Positions 10,926 to 23,546 of a stretch of 64,000 nt of DNA are shown one piece after another. The position numbers were made by a program, and so were the translations under genes. The notes under the pieces were generated by a model. The model was not told the origin of the DNA. It made no database searches and saw nothing but the letters and a program-made list of their open reading frames with translations. Every line of letters starts with the position of its first letter. Positions within the stretch are counted from its first letter, which is position 1. The DNA is from Peribolospora baueri (lineage: Eukaryota), in the NCBI GenBank assembly GCA_029717555.1, contig JAMDHS010000019.1, positions 186,001 through 250,000 on the forward strand, in the 5' to 3' direction.

Positions 10926-11710
10926 TTAGCGGGCTAGTCGAAGGGGCGAGGCGAGGCGCATGGGTCAGCGTCTCGAATCGAAGCGACGTTAGGCAAAAAG
11001 AGGAGGCCGCCTCTCATCGACGCTCACACTTGAAGTAGTTCTGCAGAACCTGCAGACCCTCCGAGTCCTCGCCAAAGTTCTTGACGACGACGCAGGAGCA
11101 GCCGACCACCTTGCGCGGGTTGCCCTCGCGGTCGATCTTGCACAGACCGGCCCAGGTGCCAAGGGTCTTGGGGTCAGAGACCTTGAGCAGGTCGATCTTG
11201 TGCTCGGCGCACAGGGCCTCGATGAGCTTGATGTACTCGGCCTCGGTGCAGGTCTCGACGAGGACGCAGAGGTGGGCCTCGCGACTACGAAAAGAAGAAA
11301 CGAACGAGGGAGGGCCGCGAACGGGTCAGCCCCGAGGTCCCGCCGGAAGCGCTCCTGACCGACACCAGCAACGATGAGAAATCCCTCTTCTCCCACGACG
11401 TCGCCTGCTCCGTCGCCCAAAAAGCCCTCTCCTTTCTCCATCCATGAACGCTTCTACCTCGCAAAAATGAAAAAGGAAAGGAACCGAGCAGAGCAGAAAA
11501 CCAACGCCAAACGGAAAACGCGACGCACCGGTCAAGGGCCTTGGCGCACTCGCGCAAGCCACGAGCAAGACCATCGTGAATGAGAGCTTTCTTAAGGACC
11601 TGCTGGAGCGCCTCCTCGATGGACATCGAGCCCTTGGGAGCCTCAGCGGCCACCTCAACCTCTTCGCCGGCCTCCTCGATGACCTGCGGGGTTTCTTCGG
11701 TGTCCGACAT
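10926..11710 (-). CDS. RPS12: 40S ribosomal protein S12 (eS12)
   Basis: [36 protein letters not shown]...[28 protein letters not shown]. Two introns. Confidence 0.97.
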
Positions 11711-11892
11711 GTTGGGGGAGGGGTTTTTTCCGGGAAGGAGAAAGTTGGAAAAAGGGGAGAAGCGGAGAAACGTCGAACTTGAAGACGATGTGGTGTCGGA
11801 AAGGAGAGCGAAAGCGCACCACCGGCAGGACGGGAAGATCGATGGGTTCCCACCTGTGCAGTCGGACGCGGGTCGTGAGAATTTAGGAAATA

Positions 11893-11924
11893 GTAGGGTT
11901 GTTGTATCTAACCCTAACCCTAAA
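11893..11924. promoter_or_regulatory. Telobox-like motif cluster upstream of RPS12
   Basis: TAGGGTT...TAACCCTAACCCTAAA about 190 bp upstream of the RPS12 ATG. Confidence 0.5.
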
Positions 11925-13677
11925 CTTTCGCTCGATCGCCCCCCTCACACGCTTGTGCGACTCTGATACGAACCTAATAATAAACCGCCCGGTCAATCAT
12001 CTCGCCGGGCAAAGAGGCTGGTCTGCTTTTGGCGTCCCCCCGCGCGCGCCCATCTCTCCCTCTAGTACTGCCTTGCTTTTCCCTCCCTCCACTACCCTTC
12101 TTTGTTATGTGCGGTTAGGTACCTGGGTTGCTGCCAGGTTACGCGCTGCTAGAGCTCGCCTTCGTCGTCGTCGCATCGCCTAGATCGGCTCGCTACATCT
12201 GTCGTCGCCGCCTTCTTCGCCAGTGTCAGCTCGGTATCACTGCAAGTCGAGCTCTCACACTCGTTCTCGCACGCAGAACGTAGATATAGGGAAGAGAGAA
12301 AGGGTGAGCGGGGATGGCGAGACAACAGGACGTGGGAAGGACGAGTGAGAACAGAACGAAGAGTACGGCGTCTTTTCCAAAAGGTCCTGGCTCGTCCGCT
12401 TAACGAGGAAGGTATTTTCCGTTCTTCTATGTATTATGCTGGGGAAAGAGATTGGATCGATGTGCCTCGTTCACCGCCGGTGATTCTGGCGACCCTATAT
12501 GTACCTCGATCGGTCTCAACGTCGTAAAATCACTTCCACTTCCCTCGTATCGTACTTCGAGATCAAATACGGGTGGGTGCCTGAACGCATCCTTCGAACA
12601 TAACGAAAAAAATGAAGAAGACGAACGAAAGCCAAAGTGAGAAGCGAAGATTATAATTGAAGGATCCATCGTAGAGACGTCCAGACGGCTCCTCATCGTA
12701 CTCCTCATCGTTTTCCTGTCGACTCTTGTCAGCTGGGCCCACTTGGATCTTCTCGGATCGAGGGGAGGCGTGGTGTGCATGACGGGGTATACAGAAAGCG
12801 GGGAATATACATTGGACGATAACGGCCAGGACAAGGGGAGAGGAAACGGTACGCAAGATAGCAGCGGTTGGCGGGGGAAAGAAAGTATGTATAGAGACGG
12901 CGTCGGACTTGTGACGGAGTGAACTTCTCCAGTCGTGGGGGAGGCATGGTGCACACCCAAATGCCACCTCCCATGCCCACAAGGGCGGTGGACAGCCGCG
13001 ACGGGGCCACGACTCGGGCCAGCTAGTTCCGAAGCGCGATCCGCCTTGTCTTGCCGTCCCCATCCGATCGGGGGCTACGACGCATGCCCGAAAACTCTGC
13101 GGCCCGAACCTATCCGCCGTCCAAGGTCATCCATCCCGAGCGCCGAGCCCCCATTCATCTACCCTCATATGACCCGACGGCTTAGAACAGCTGCATCGTC
13201 ACTGACTTGGACGACGGAGAGGATAAGCGAAGGACGAGGGGGGTGAAAGAAAAGGGCGCGCCTATTCGCCGACTTGGAGTCGAGGACGAGCAAATCGATG
13301 GCGATGTTCGTACGGCTCTCGCACGCACGGCTCGCCCGACTCGTCGTACGAGGGCGCTCCGGTAGTGTGTCAAGTGGAGAGAAAATGTGCGAAAGGACCG
13401 GCAAGGCGTCGTTGGATAGGCACCATTCTCGACGGACCAAGTGACGGGAAGCAAAGGCGGCAACAGCCTAGTCCGGTCTTCTACCGGCGAGGAATGCCTT
13501 GTGGAGTCCCCCTGCTCGTCAGGGCTAACGGCAGGAACAAGGTGGTGGATGGACGGTGGGAGAGACTGGACGGTGGCTTCCTTGTGCGAGGCGAAGACGG
13601 CGAGCAAGCGAGATATGCTCGCAAGAGGTCCGAAGCGTCTCCATCCTAAGACAGCGTCTGCAATGCCTCTGGCGCCA

Positions 13678-14352
13678 TCAGACGGGAGCATTCCCCTCAA
13701 GAGAAGAAGCGTTCGACGGCGCCGATGCGGATTGACCTCCCACGATCTCGAATCCGCTGACGAGCTTGGTCGGTTTGGAGTTAGATGCGGCTACCACGCC
13801 AAGTTGAGAATGATCTCTGGCCGTCGTCTTCCCATCGCTTGGCCATTGTCCACGTGCACCAGCGACCTCACGGGCGGCCCTCTCGGCAGCGGCAGTAAAG
13901 TCAGCGTGGAAGGCTTCGAGGTGAGAGGGGTCCGCGGTAATGGGCGTGTTCTGGGGCGCCGCCCCGACGGCGGCAGCGGAGGAGGAGAAGGATGACGAGC
14001 TCGGAAAGGCGCCACCGGACTCGTACGAGGTGCTGGGCGCCACGATGCCGCTCCCGCCTGCTCCGATGAAGGAGCGAGAAGAGAACGATGCAGGGCGATA
14101 GTGTCCCTGGCTAGGCCCGGCGCTGGAGGTGTCCCATTGGCTCGACGAGGCGGGTGACCAAGCGTAGTGCGAAGGGCTCATGCCGACGGAGCTGGGCAGC
14201 GTCTGTTGGGCGTGGTGGTACCCGCCCGGGCGCTGATGGTGACCGATCATGCCGGCGAGCTCGTTGCGAACGGCGCACAGGTCGAGGCCGTGGTCGCCGG
14301 CGTGGACATCGGAGGAGAAGGCCGACACAAGGTCGTCCATCGTGATGGCCAT
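13678..14352 (-). CDS. Uncharacterised low-complexity protein with MDDLVSAFSS..H.G...DL N-terminal motif
   Basis: ORF from ATG at 14352. The N-terminal motif resembles hypothetical basidiomycete proteins (from memory). 3' end uncertain. Confidence 0.55.
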   Translation of the reverse strand: MAITMDDLVSAFSSDVHAGDHGLDLCAVRNELAGMIGHHQRPGGYHHAQQTLPSSVGMSPSHYAWSPASSSQWDTSSAGPSQGHYRPASFSSRSFIGAGGSGIVAPSTSYESGGAFPSSSSFSSSAAAVGAAPQNTPITADPSHLEAFHADFTAAAERAAREVAGARGQWPSDGKTTARDHSQLGVVAASNSKPTKLVSGFEIVGGQSASAPSNASSLEGNAPV

Positions 14353-14967
14353 CTTTGAGGACGACGGGGAGGAAGAGGAAGGGTGAGTGGGTGCCAGGTT
14401 GGTGGTAAGGGCGAGAGGAGGCGGAGGAAGCGAGGTGGCTGAACGAGCGGGGTGGTCGAAGGGGAGAGAGGAGGGTGGAACGTGGTGGCGGACACCGGCT
14501 GAGGACGCAAGCCAGTCTGAGAGCGCCAAGGGAAGCTCGACGGATCCGGCTCGGCTCTTGTCGCTTCTGAAGACGCGGTATGCGCGAGGCTAGCCTATCT
14601 ATCTATTTATCTATCTGTCACCCCGCCTGCGGTCCGGATCGTGCCGGCGTACGTCGAGATGTGGATGGCGATGAGGAGGACGGCGTGGGCCGGTCGAGGC
14701 TGGCAAGGATAAGGGGTCGGTGGGAGTGAGGGGACGTGCGACCGTCGATCTCAGCCAATGTCGAAGGAGAGCCGAGTCTTGATAAGGCGAGGTGGAGCGA
14801 TGCGGGTGGTGGGCGACGGAGGGAGTGGGTCGGGGTCGGACGTGTGTGTGAGTGTGTGTATATATGTACGCGGAGGAGGAGGAACGAAGGGGGCGACGGT
14901 GGTGGACAGGAGAAGGGACGGAGTCGGCTCGCCTTTGTGCGACTCTGGCTCTGTTGTGCGACCGTCC

Positions 14968-15005
14968 AGCCAGCCAGCCCAGCCCAGCCCAGCCCAGCCC
15001 AGCCC
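14968..15005. repeat. (CAGCC)n pentamer repeat
   Basis: Tandem CAGCC units. Confidence 0.85.
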
Positions 15006-15542
15006 GGCGCCGTCGATCGGCAGTCGGCAGTGAGCCGTCGGCGGTGTCGTACGGTTTCGTCGCGCCTTGCCCTCCTCCTTCTCCGTAGAGTAGAGTAGAA
15101 GAGAAGAGACGAGGGCATGATGGAATGGACGGCGACAACGAGCCCTAGCGAAACATGCACACCCGGCCCGACTCCTGCAGAAAGAGGCTCTACCTTGCAG
15201 TCATTCCTATTCCTATTCGTCCCCGCTCTCGGGCCTGACCAAGCAAGCCCAGACAGACGGACAGAGGGAGTGAGGCGCCCCATGTCGTCTGCGCGTGCAT
15301 TCGCTCGGCGCATCCCTATCCCTCGGTATTTAGTACAGACCCGTTTGCTCCTTGGAAAGAAGGTCAAGCATGTCTTCGAACACGCCGCATCCCACGCTAC
15401 AGCCACCCCTCCGTCACATGCACGTTAACTAATTAGCCCCGTTCGTTCGTTAACTTCGAGCCGATCGAACGTTTGCTCGTCGCATCCTAAACTTCACTTA
15501 CACAACTTTGCTCGACGCATCGCATCGGGCCCCTTCCTTCGC

Positions 15543-15658
15543 GCGTAATGTGATGATGCCTGTGCGACCGGGGGCCACATATTCGGGTCACCGGGCCACG
15601 CCTCATCCTATCTCTCCAGCGAGCGTCGACGGGAGGAGCCGAAACTGATCTGAAACGC
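15543..15658 (+). ncRNA. Candidate box C/D snoRNA
   Basis: Box C GTGATGA (15550-15556), box D CTGA (15650-15653), terminal stem GCGT/ACGC, about 115 nt, intergenic. Confidence 0.5.
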
Positions 15659-16425
15659 CTTAAGATGGAACGCTCGAATGCGTCCTTCGCTCGCCGTCAC
15701 TTAAACCTCCTGGTCGCCTCCCTCCTCCGCCAAAAGTCCCGTCCCGAGCGCCGGCATTCCGGGCCTTCGGACAACCGGACAGGCGTAGCATCCGCCAACA
15801 CCGTCCGTCCGTCGAACGCCGCCAGGGTGGTCGGTGGGTGGGCGATACCGCTCCTCCTTCTTTGCATCCGCCGTTACTTTGCGTCCCTGTGGAGCGTCGT
15901 CCGGTCTCCTCCGATAGCTTGCCAGAGGCTGGCATGCGGCAGGGGAGGGATGAGAAAAGGAAAGAAAAGAAAAAAGGTGGCCGCCTCAATGTCAGACAGG
16001 ATACGTCGATCCAAGCATGTAGAGACCGACTGGGCTAGAACAGTTCGCCGTCTTCGTCTTCGTTGCCCTATCCACCCTGCCAGCGGCGTGTGCGAGCCTT
16101 TATTATTACACACCGAGTCGAGGCGACTATGCGGAGGCTCGAGTGAGGCTCCCTTTGTTCCCGGGCGAGAGAGCATGTGCCAACGCCGACCGACCGACCC
16201 GAACCCGTCGACGCCGTGGCTGCTGGAGTGAGTTCGTCCGCCACGTGGGAGGAATCCTTACCTCCGGCCAAGTCCGGGCCCACAGCGCGACACGCGAGAG
16301 GTGGGAGGGTGGAGTAGAAGCCGAACCCAGTCGAGACGGTCGTACTCGCACGCCTTCGCTTTCATTTTCCACATCGTCGTTCACCACCCCTTTAGGTTCA
16401 GTAGAAGAAGAGGAAACAAGCAAAG

Positions 16426-17442
16426 ATGGGAGCGGGTCAATCTCAGATATTGGAGGAGATGGAGAGGACCTCCAACTGTGCGTACCACCCACCCGTTCGC
16501 TCGTCGCTCGTCGCTCTGTCGCGCGACCCCAGGTCCGGGTCTTGCACATCTCCGACCCTCAGACCTCTGTCGGTTGTGTAACCCGGCGGGCAAGCGAGCG
16601 CGCATGCCAATTCCTCGGCTCTCTCTCTCTCTGACTCCTATATCATCTCCGATCCGATCCGCTGCGCACAGTCTCCGGTCCAGAAATCCAACGGCTCAAG
16701 AAACGCTTCATGAAGCTCGACCGTGACGGGTCAGGGTCGATCGACAAGGACGAGTTCTTGCAGATCCCTGCTATCGCTAATAACCCCCTGGCGTTGCGAA
16801 TGATCGCCATCTTTGATGAGGAGTGCGTCCGACGACTTCGTCCAAGCCGGGATTCGAGCTCGAGGCTGACGTCCCTTCTTGTCTTGTTCCATCTCCTCCT
16901 TCTCACCTCCCTTGTCGCCTCCAGCGGTGGAGGCACTGTCGACTTTCAAGAGTTTGTCGGCGGCTTGAGCGCGTTCAGCTCCAAGGGCGGCAGGGAAGAG
17001 AAACTGAAGTGTGAGCACGAGATTCCCGTCCTCCATCACGGTCGACTCCGATCGTCTATCGTTCTCATCGTCCACCACCTTGTTCTCTCCCAGTCGCCTT
17101 CAAAGTCTACGATATGGACCGTGACGGGTACATCTCCAACGGCGAGCTCTTCATCGTCCTAAAGATGATGGTCGGCAACAACCTCAAAGACCAGCAGCTA
17201 CAGCAGATCGTCGACAAGACCATCATGGAAGCCGACCAGGACGGGGATGGCAAGCTTAGCTTTGAGGAGTTTACTGCTATGGTCGCCAACACGGTACGTC
17301 CCCTTGGCTTTCTCGACGCGTCCGTCGGTCGGTATAATAACGGCATTCCACTCTCCTCGTCCGCCTGACCGGCCGTGGATCGTTTGTGCCACTGCTACGT
17401 TAGGACGTCGCCAAGCAATTGACGCTCGAGGATCTCTTCTGA
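16426..17442 (+). CDS. CNB1: Calcineurin regulatory subunit B
   Basis: MGAGQSQ (myristoylation-type start) and four EF-hands: [48 protein letters not shown]. Confidence 0.97.
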
Positions 17443-17971
17443 GGCTCCGCCGTCGCCGTCCCTCTCCCTAGCGTCTTATCTCTCCTCCCTCTCTTTCTCT
17501 CCCTCTCACTCAGCCTCTGTTTCCCTCTCTCTCGAGCCCTCCGCTCAAAGTCTCGCACCATCGTTTCGTCAACCTCCCCCCCCTTCCCCATCTCCTACCT
17601 CACATACCCCGCTTTTTACAACTGACGTTCTCCACCAAGTTGAAGTTGGATTGGGCGTGTCGTCGTCGTCGTGCTCGTGAGCTCACTGGTGCTTCGTTTC
17701 CTTCTCCCTTCTTCGTACATAACACCACCATTTTTTTTTCTGGATTTCTTCCGGCCTTAGTCACTCCCTCATGTTCCCGGACCTTGCTTGCAGTCGGAGG
17801 GCGCGTTGGGTCCATGTAGTGTATAGCTTGCAATTCAGGGTTAGCGGGAAGGACATGGGGCGAAGGGGGGCCCGGACGACACCCAACGTACAAAACGAGC
17901 GTCGATCGTGGGCGGCAAAACAAACGTGTTGGAACGGACTGCTTTCCACACACACACGCCTCCAACGCTCC

Positions 17972-19289
17972 CTAGTCCCGACCGTCCTCCTCTCCACCCC
18001 GCCGTCTGCGAGGCGGGCTCGCGCTCCGCCTCGGCGGCGGCAATCGCTCATCCCTCGCTCTTTCCCACTTGTACCCTCCCGGACTCCTCTCCCTCTCTCT
18101 TTCTCTTTCTCTTTCTCTTCCGCCCGCCCCCCAACCTCCTCTACGAACCCCATTCCCGGCAGCCCGCCGCCCGATGTCCCAGCGGTCACCCGTTCGCCTC
18201 TCCGTGGACGAATGGCCCCGCCCGCCAGCGTCGCCGCCCGGACCCCAAGGGTGAGGAGCACCGCGAGGCGTCGGGTCCCCGAAGGACGCGCGTCCGCCAC
18301 CGGCGGAGCCCATGATGCCGATCCCTCCCCGACCGCCTACTGGACCGCCGCGGCCTTCGAAACCCGCTCCTCTTCGCCCTCCGAACCCCACGCCCAGTGC
18401 ATCCAGAGGCGCCATCCGTCCGCCCGGCGGGCCCGGAAGGACGATGGAGCAGTCGAGGTAATCGCCATCGGCGAAGCGCAAATCGGCGAGCGAACGCTTG
18501 CCGTCGTCTCGCCTCTTCCCCCCGCCACTTGCCGTCATCCGCCCGCTAGGCGGAGGAGGCCCGTCTCTCAGCGGTTCGTCCATGCTCACCCCACCTTCCG
18601 TCTCGCCCCACTCATCTCCCTCCAATCCTCTTCCCTCTTCGCTAAACAGTTCCGACGCTTGGACCACCCCGGCGTCTCTCGCGACGTACAGACCCCTCCG
18701 GCTGTCGAAATAGACCAGGCGAAAGAGGTAGCGCGAGGTTGGGATCTTGAGGGACGGATTGGCATCGAGGAGGTACAGAATCAAGGTGCGGAGGGTGGTG
18801 GAGCGCCTGTATCGCGTGCGGAAGGAAGGAAGGAGGGGGGTCAGCAGGCAGGGCAAGCGAAGAAGCAAACTTGGAAGGCAGGCCGGCTGGCACGCCGCCA
18901 GGTGCCGATAACTAAGGTGAGCGCGTAAAGAAGCCCGGTAAGCGGTTAAGGTAAGCTCACCACACGTAAAGCCGATGTTCATCTCCTGCGGCCACCATCG
19001 GCGGCTCAAAGTCTGTGACGGGTCGGAACGGCCCGACCTTGACAAAGGTCCGTATGAGGAAAGGACATGACTGGTTTGACGCAAAACGAAGAGAGGAATA
19101 GGCCGGTCGTGAGCGCAAGAGCGAAGGGCCAAGTGGCTCGCTCCCCAAGCTCACCTCCTCCTCGTCCTCAGCGTCCTTCCTCGGTCCCCGGCGCTCGTCC
19201 GGGCTCCTGGACGGCGAACGGGAGCGAGAGCGTCGCGGGGACGGCGAGCGTGATGTGCCCATCGTCGGTGTTGGTGGTGAAGTGGTCAT
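17972..19289 (-). CDS. SAP18: Sin3-associated polypeptide SAP18 with RS and RGG-rich extensions
   Basis: CPFLIRTFVK..., LYVW..STTLRTL, RYLFRLVY, KRSLADLRFADGDYLDCSI. Confidence 0.85.
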
Positions 19290-19653
19290 GGGAGTCAAGA
19301 ACGACGTGAAGCGCACGCTGCGGAGGTGATCGAAGCGCGACGGAGGAGCGTGCGAACTCCGAACGACGACCTTCGCAGCCGACCTTCGAGACGCCGAGTG
19401 CGAGTGTAGCCTGCCACATCCCATCTCTCACGGGCTATCTTCTTCCATTGCAACGCAGCCGATCCAAGGCAAAGGCCTGCCCCGGCCGCAAAACTCGGCA
19501 TGAATTAAAAGAAAGCAAGGTCGGACGATGACAAGAGACGAAAAAAAATTCCAAATCGAATTGAGCACTGAAACTGGTATATCTACCTCTCACCGAACGC
19601 CAACTACAGCTGTCACATCCTCCCCCATCTATTTTCTCCTCCGGTCAAAGGGA

Positions 19654-21382
19654 TCACAGCGCAATGTCTGTCATAGACCCGTCACCGTCCCCTTCCTCCC
19701 CTCTCTCGTCTTTCCCAACGGTCGTCGCCGTCGCCACCGCCGTCGCATCCATCTCTTTGCTAGGCTCAGCTGCCACCTCTGCCCCCTCCTGGCCCTCAGC
19801 GTCCTTCGATGGTGCCGCGCTCTCCGCCGCCGAAGGTTCCGAAACTTCTGGGTGGCCCTCACCCGCGCTCGGCTCAACAACATGTTCTCGCGTCTCTGCC
19901 TCCCGCGTCGCTACTTCGCTTGGCATCTCCTGCCGCTCCTCGTCATGACGCGGCGGCGGCGGCGTGACAGCGTCGGCGGACTGTCTCCTCTGCTGCTCCT
20001 CAGTACTCCCAATAACCTGGGCCTGAGCGATCGCCTGAGTCGCGTCCGCGCTCGTCGCAGGGGCGCTTTGTGGCATCGACGGGCCTGCACCAGAGCCGGA
20101 TGGGGGCTGTACGTTAGTGTTGCGTCGGGCCAGGGAGACGGTCGACGCTGCGGCTGCATTTGGAGGGACAGAACCAAGGTAGTATGCGGAGATGGGCACC
20201 ATCCTGAGCGGGGTTGGCGTCGGGCGAGGCGGATAATGATCGCACCGAGTTGGGTCAGATCGAGCTGGACAGATCGGAAGAACAGGTTGTAATGGGGCAG
20301 CCAATCACTCACTTCCTCTCGGTAGAGCATGCCAGCAGCCAATGCGGTTGAACGACGGGAATGCTCATTTGCATGGCCTTCTGATACTGGCTCGTCGGCG
20401 CGCCCCTGCCATCTGCGTCGGCGGCGGGGGTAGTACATACGAAATGCGTCGTGTCGATCTGGATCTTGTCGCTCCACTTCGCGCCCATTGCTTCTAGGGC
20501 CTCCTTAGCCGCCTCGTCCAGTTCGGGATCCTGAATCGTGCCGAAGCAGACGATGATGCCGGATGTGTCGTTAATAGTGTGCGTGCGTGTGCGGATGACG
20601 TTGCTGCTGTAGGTGCCCGAAGTGGTCTTGAGCACGAGGTGGAAGGAGTACTCATGGTCAACGTCGAGACCGCTCAGCTTTGTGCTCGTGTTGTGCATCG
20701 GGTTTGGGATCGCGGCGAGCCGCTGGCCGTTGCGGTAGATGTCGAGTCCAAGAAGGGAGGCCGTCGCCAGCTCGATGGGGTCCCATTCGAGCGTCACGCT
20801 CGTCTGAGTCACGTTTCGAAGCTTGAGGTTCGGAGGAGACGGAGAGCGGGTGCCGTACTCGTTGTAAATGGTGTCCTGGAGATCCCAGAATTCTTTCATC
20901 TGCTTGCTCTCCTCGGCGTAGTTGCGGTGCACTCGGATGTTGACCACCGAGCCGGAGCTTACACCTGCGGGAAGCAGGAGCGATGGGAACTCGATCTGGA
21001 TAAATAAGACAACGAACCGGCAACTGCAATCAGTCGGCGTTCAAGGACGGTGCTGGGGTCCATGCCGTCAACTCTGTCACCCACCAAAGAGGCCTTCTCT
21101 CCGATCAGAATAGCCTATGCGCGAAAGCAGGAGCTCGGTCAGCGCGACACATCGTCCCAACCGGCCCAGCCCGGCCGAGCCGCCTTTACTTTCCTCCTGA
21201 ATACACTCACCATGCCCGCATCTGAGGAAGGCATGTGGGAGGCAAGGCTGCATTAGCGAACGGCGTCGAAAGAAACAACTTGCAAGAAAGAAAAACGCAC
21301 CTAGCTTGCCGACGGTGAAAGTGAAGTTGTCATCTTCCGACACGTTGTGAACGGCCGTGGGCGATTGTGCGATTGAGGCCAT
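19654..21382 (-). CDS. CHS5: Exomer/chitin synthase export subunit Chs5 (FN3 plus BRCT)
   Basis: FTVGKL/DAGM/AILI..IEFPSLLLP, LKLRNVTQTSVTLEWDP, IDTTHFVCT..SIPVVQPHWL. Confidence 0.95.
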
Positions 21383-21633
21383 GGAGAGGAGATTGTCGCT
21401 GGGAGACGGAAGGGAAAAGCAGCTTGCTTCGATGCGAGGAAGAAGCGGCTTGGCTGGCTTGGATGCCGCAAGTCGGTTGGACGTTCGAAGGTCGTCGGCG
21501 GTCGGTCGGTGACAGCGCGCTGACGGCGATAAGCGGGCGAAGACATGCGACGTGATCGAAGCGCGACTCGGTCTCGCCGTCGAGGGCAACTTGAAAGGCT
21601 CCAGTAGACTCCGGACTCGATAGACGGCTAGAC

Positions 21634-23386
21634 ATGGTAAGCCAGCGCTCGGCTCGGTCAGGCAAGGGTTGAGCGGGACGGATTGGTTGGCTCTCACTTG
21701 ACGCTCGGGCAACGCTCGACGCTTGAGTGACGACGATCGGCTCAACGTGCTGTCCGCCCTTCCCCCACCCAACAGTCTGCCCAGTTTCTCGCCGATTTCG
21801 AGGCTGAAGAGGGTGAGTGAACACAGTCGTCGCATCTGTTCGCCGACCTTTGTTGGCGCTGTCGTTTCTTTTGCTGACTTTGACGTTTATGTGAATATTT
21901 TCTCGAACAGCTCACTCCGACAGCATTTGGTCTCTGGCATGGACCGACGGCGCGGTCGTCTCCGGCGGCGCTGACGGGAACGTGCTCTTCTGGTGAGTGC
22001 ATCCTCACGCAATACGTATGGACGCACAAAGTCTTTCCTTTACCGCTTCTGATATAGCGTCTATCTACGCACGTTAGGAACCCCTCCGACGGCGTTCCAC
22101 TCCACCCGCGACCCTCCACGCGCATTCACCACCTCGGCGTCGCGTCTGTCTCAGCCGACGCGGCGGGCGCCTCCGCCCTGAGCTCCTCCATCGACGGAAA
22201 CGTCGTGCTCTGGGACGTGGCCACTGGCAAGGTCAAGGCGAAGAAGGAACAGTTTTCAGTTGGCGATGGGAAGATGAAGGATGTTGGTGGGTGGTGAGCT
22301 ACGTCGCTCGTCGCTCGCTCACTACTCTGCCGTAGTTCTATTGGCGGGCGTGTTCCATTCGAAGCTCATACTTCTTTTTGTAAATTTCTTTCCGGTTTGC
22401 CCATACGCCTTCATGCTGCCTCATTTTCCTCCAAGATCCATACGTAACGGCCCTCCATCCCGCTACGGCTAAAATATTCGCAGCCACGGGTGCGGGCGCC
22501 AACGTGGCGCTGTACGACGCGGACGTGCAGTCTTTCGGCACGCGTGTGGGAGGCATGGAGGCGAAGGGAAAGTTCGGCATGTGTGTTCGCTTCGTGAGTG
22601 TTCTACCGGTCTTGTTCCTCCCGCACGGCGTAGAGTGGCCTGGACGGTTCGAAGTGTGACTGGCACTGACGTTCCTGAATTGTGCTCGCTTCTTCCATTC
22701 TGCTTAGAGCCCGAACGGACGGTATGTGGCTTCGGGTTCCGACTCGGGTCAAGTATTCCTGTTCGACGTCGAGTCTGGACACCTCGTAGCTTCGTATGCG
22801 GGTATGTGCCATCCTCCCAAGGCTCTCCCTCTTTTCCCAATCGTCCCTCACTCACTAACCCCGACATCCACGGACCTTTTGAAGACCACGCAATGCCAGT
22901 CCGATCGCTGTCCTTCACCCAAGACTCGTCCCATCTTCTCACGGCCTCAGATGATAAAACTATCATTCTGCACGACGTGCGCGGAGGTAGCCATGCCGGC
23001 GCCGTAGCCTGCCTGATGGGCCACAAGAGCTGGGTTTTGGATGTGTGCGCTGGTCCGGATGGTAGGCTCGTTGCTAGCGGGTGAGTGCGGCGCGCGTCGA
23101 ACTTTCGAAATTCCCCCCACCCTCTCTCGCCTCGCAGGATGCCTCACCTCCTAACGTTTTCCTTCCCTCTGTCCTACCTCGCACCCTCCTCAGATCCGCG
23201 GACAAAACCATCAAGCTCTGGGACCTGACGGCGAATCCAAAGGCCTGCGTGTCTACGCTCACCGAGAGCGCCGACGTGTGGGGCGTGGCTTGGAAGCCCG
23301 GTCACGCAAGCACCGCGTTCGTCAGCGGTGGAGACGGGGCCAGAGTTAAGTTCTACCGGTCAGCGGGCGTGGCTGAAACGGCGTAG
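21634..23386 (+). CDS. SKI8: WD40 protein Ski8/Rec14/WDR61
   Basis: ATG-only first exon, then AHSDSIWSLAW, HAMPVRSLSF, GHKSWVLDV, SADKTIKLWD, VWGVAW. Confidence 0.85.
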
Positions 23387-23546
23387 TGATGGTGCGAGCG
23401 GTTGGACTAGGTAGTAATTCGGGTACCAGAACGGGCAATGCATGGACTTGTTAATCTGCGTGTGTTCATTCTGGACCATCTCTTCCTTGAGGGGTGTCGA
23501 ATGCATGCTACAAAGGAAGAGGGAGGCAGATTCGGCCCGTCCGACG

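Noticed and set aside
11284..11528. Long RPS12 intron as a possible snoRNA host
   Set aside because: No convincing C/D or H/ACA boxes seen.
11907..11924. TAACCC repeats as a telomere or interstitial telomere
   Set aside because: Only about 2.5 units, in a promoter context.
12300..13650. Multiple 90-180 aa ORFs
   Set aside because: No recognisable family or coherent exon chain.
17771..18928. 385-aa plus-strand ORF
   Set aside because: Antisense to SAP18.
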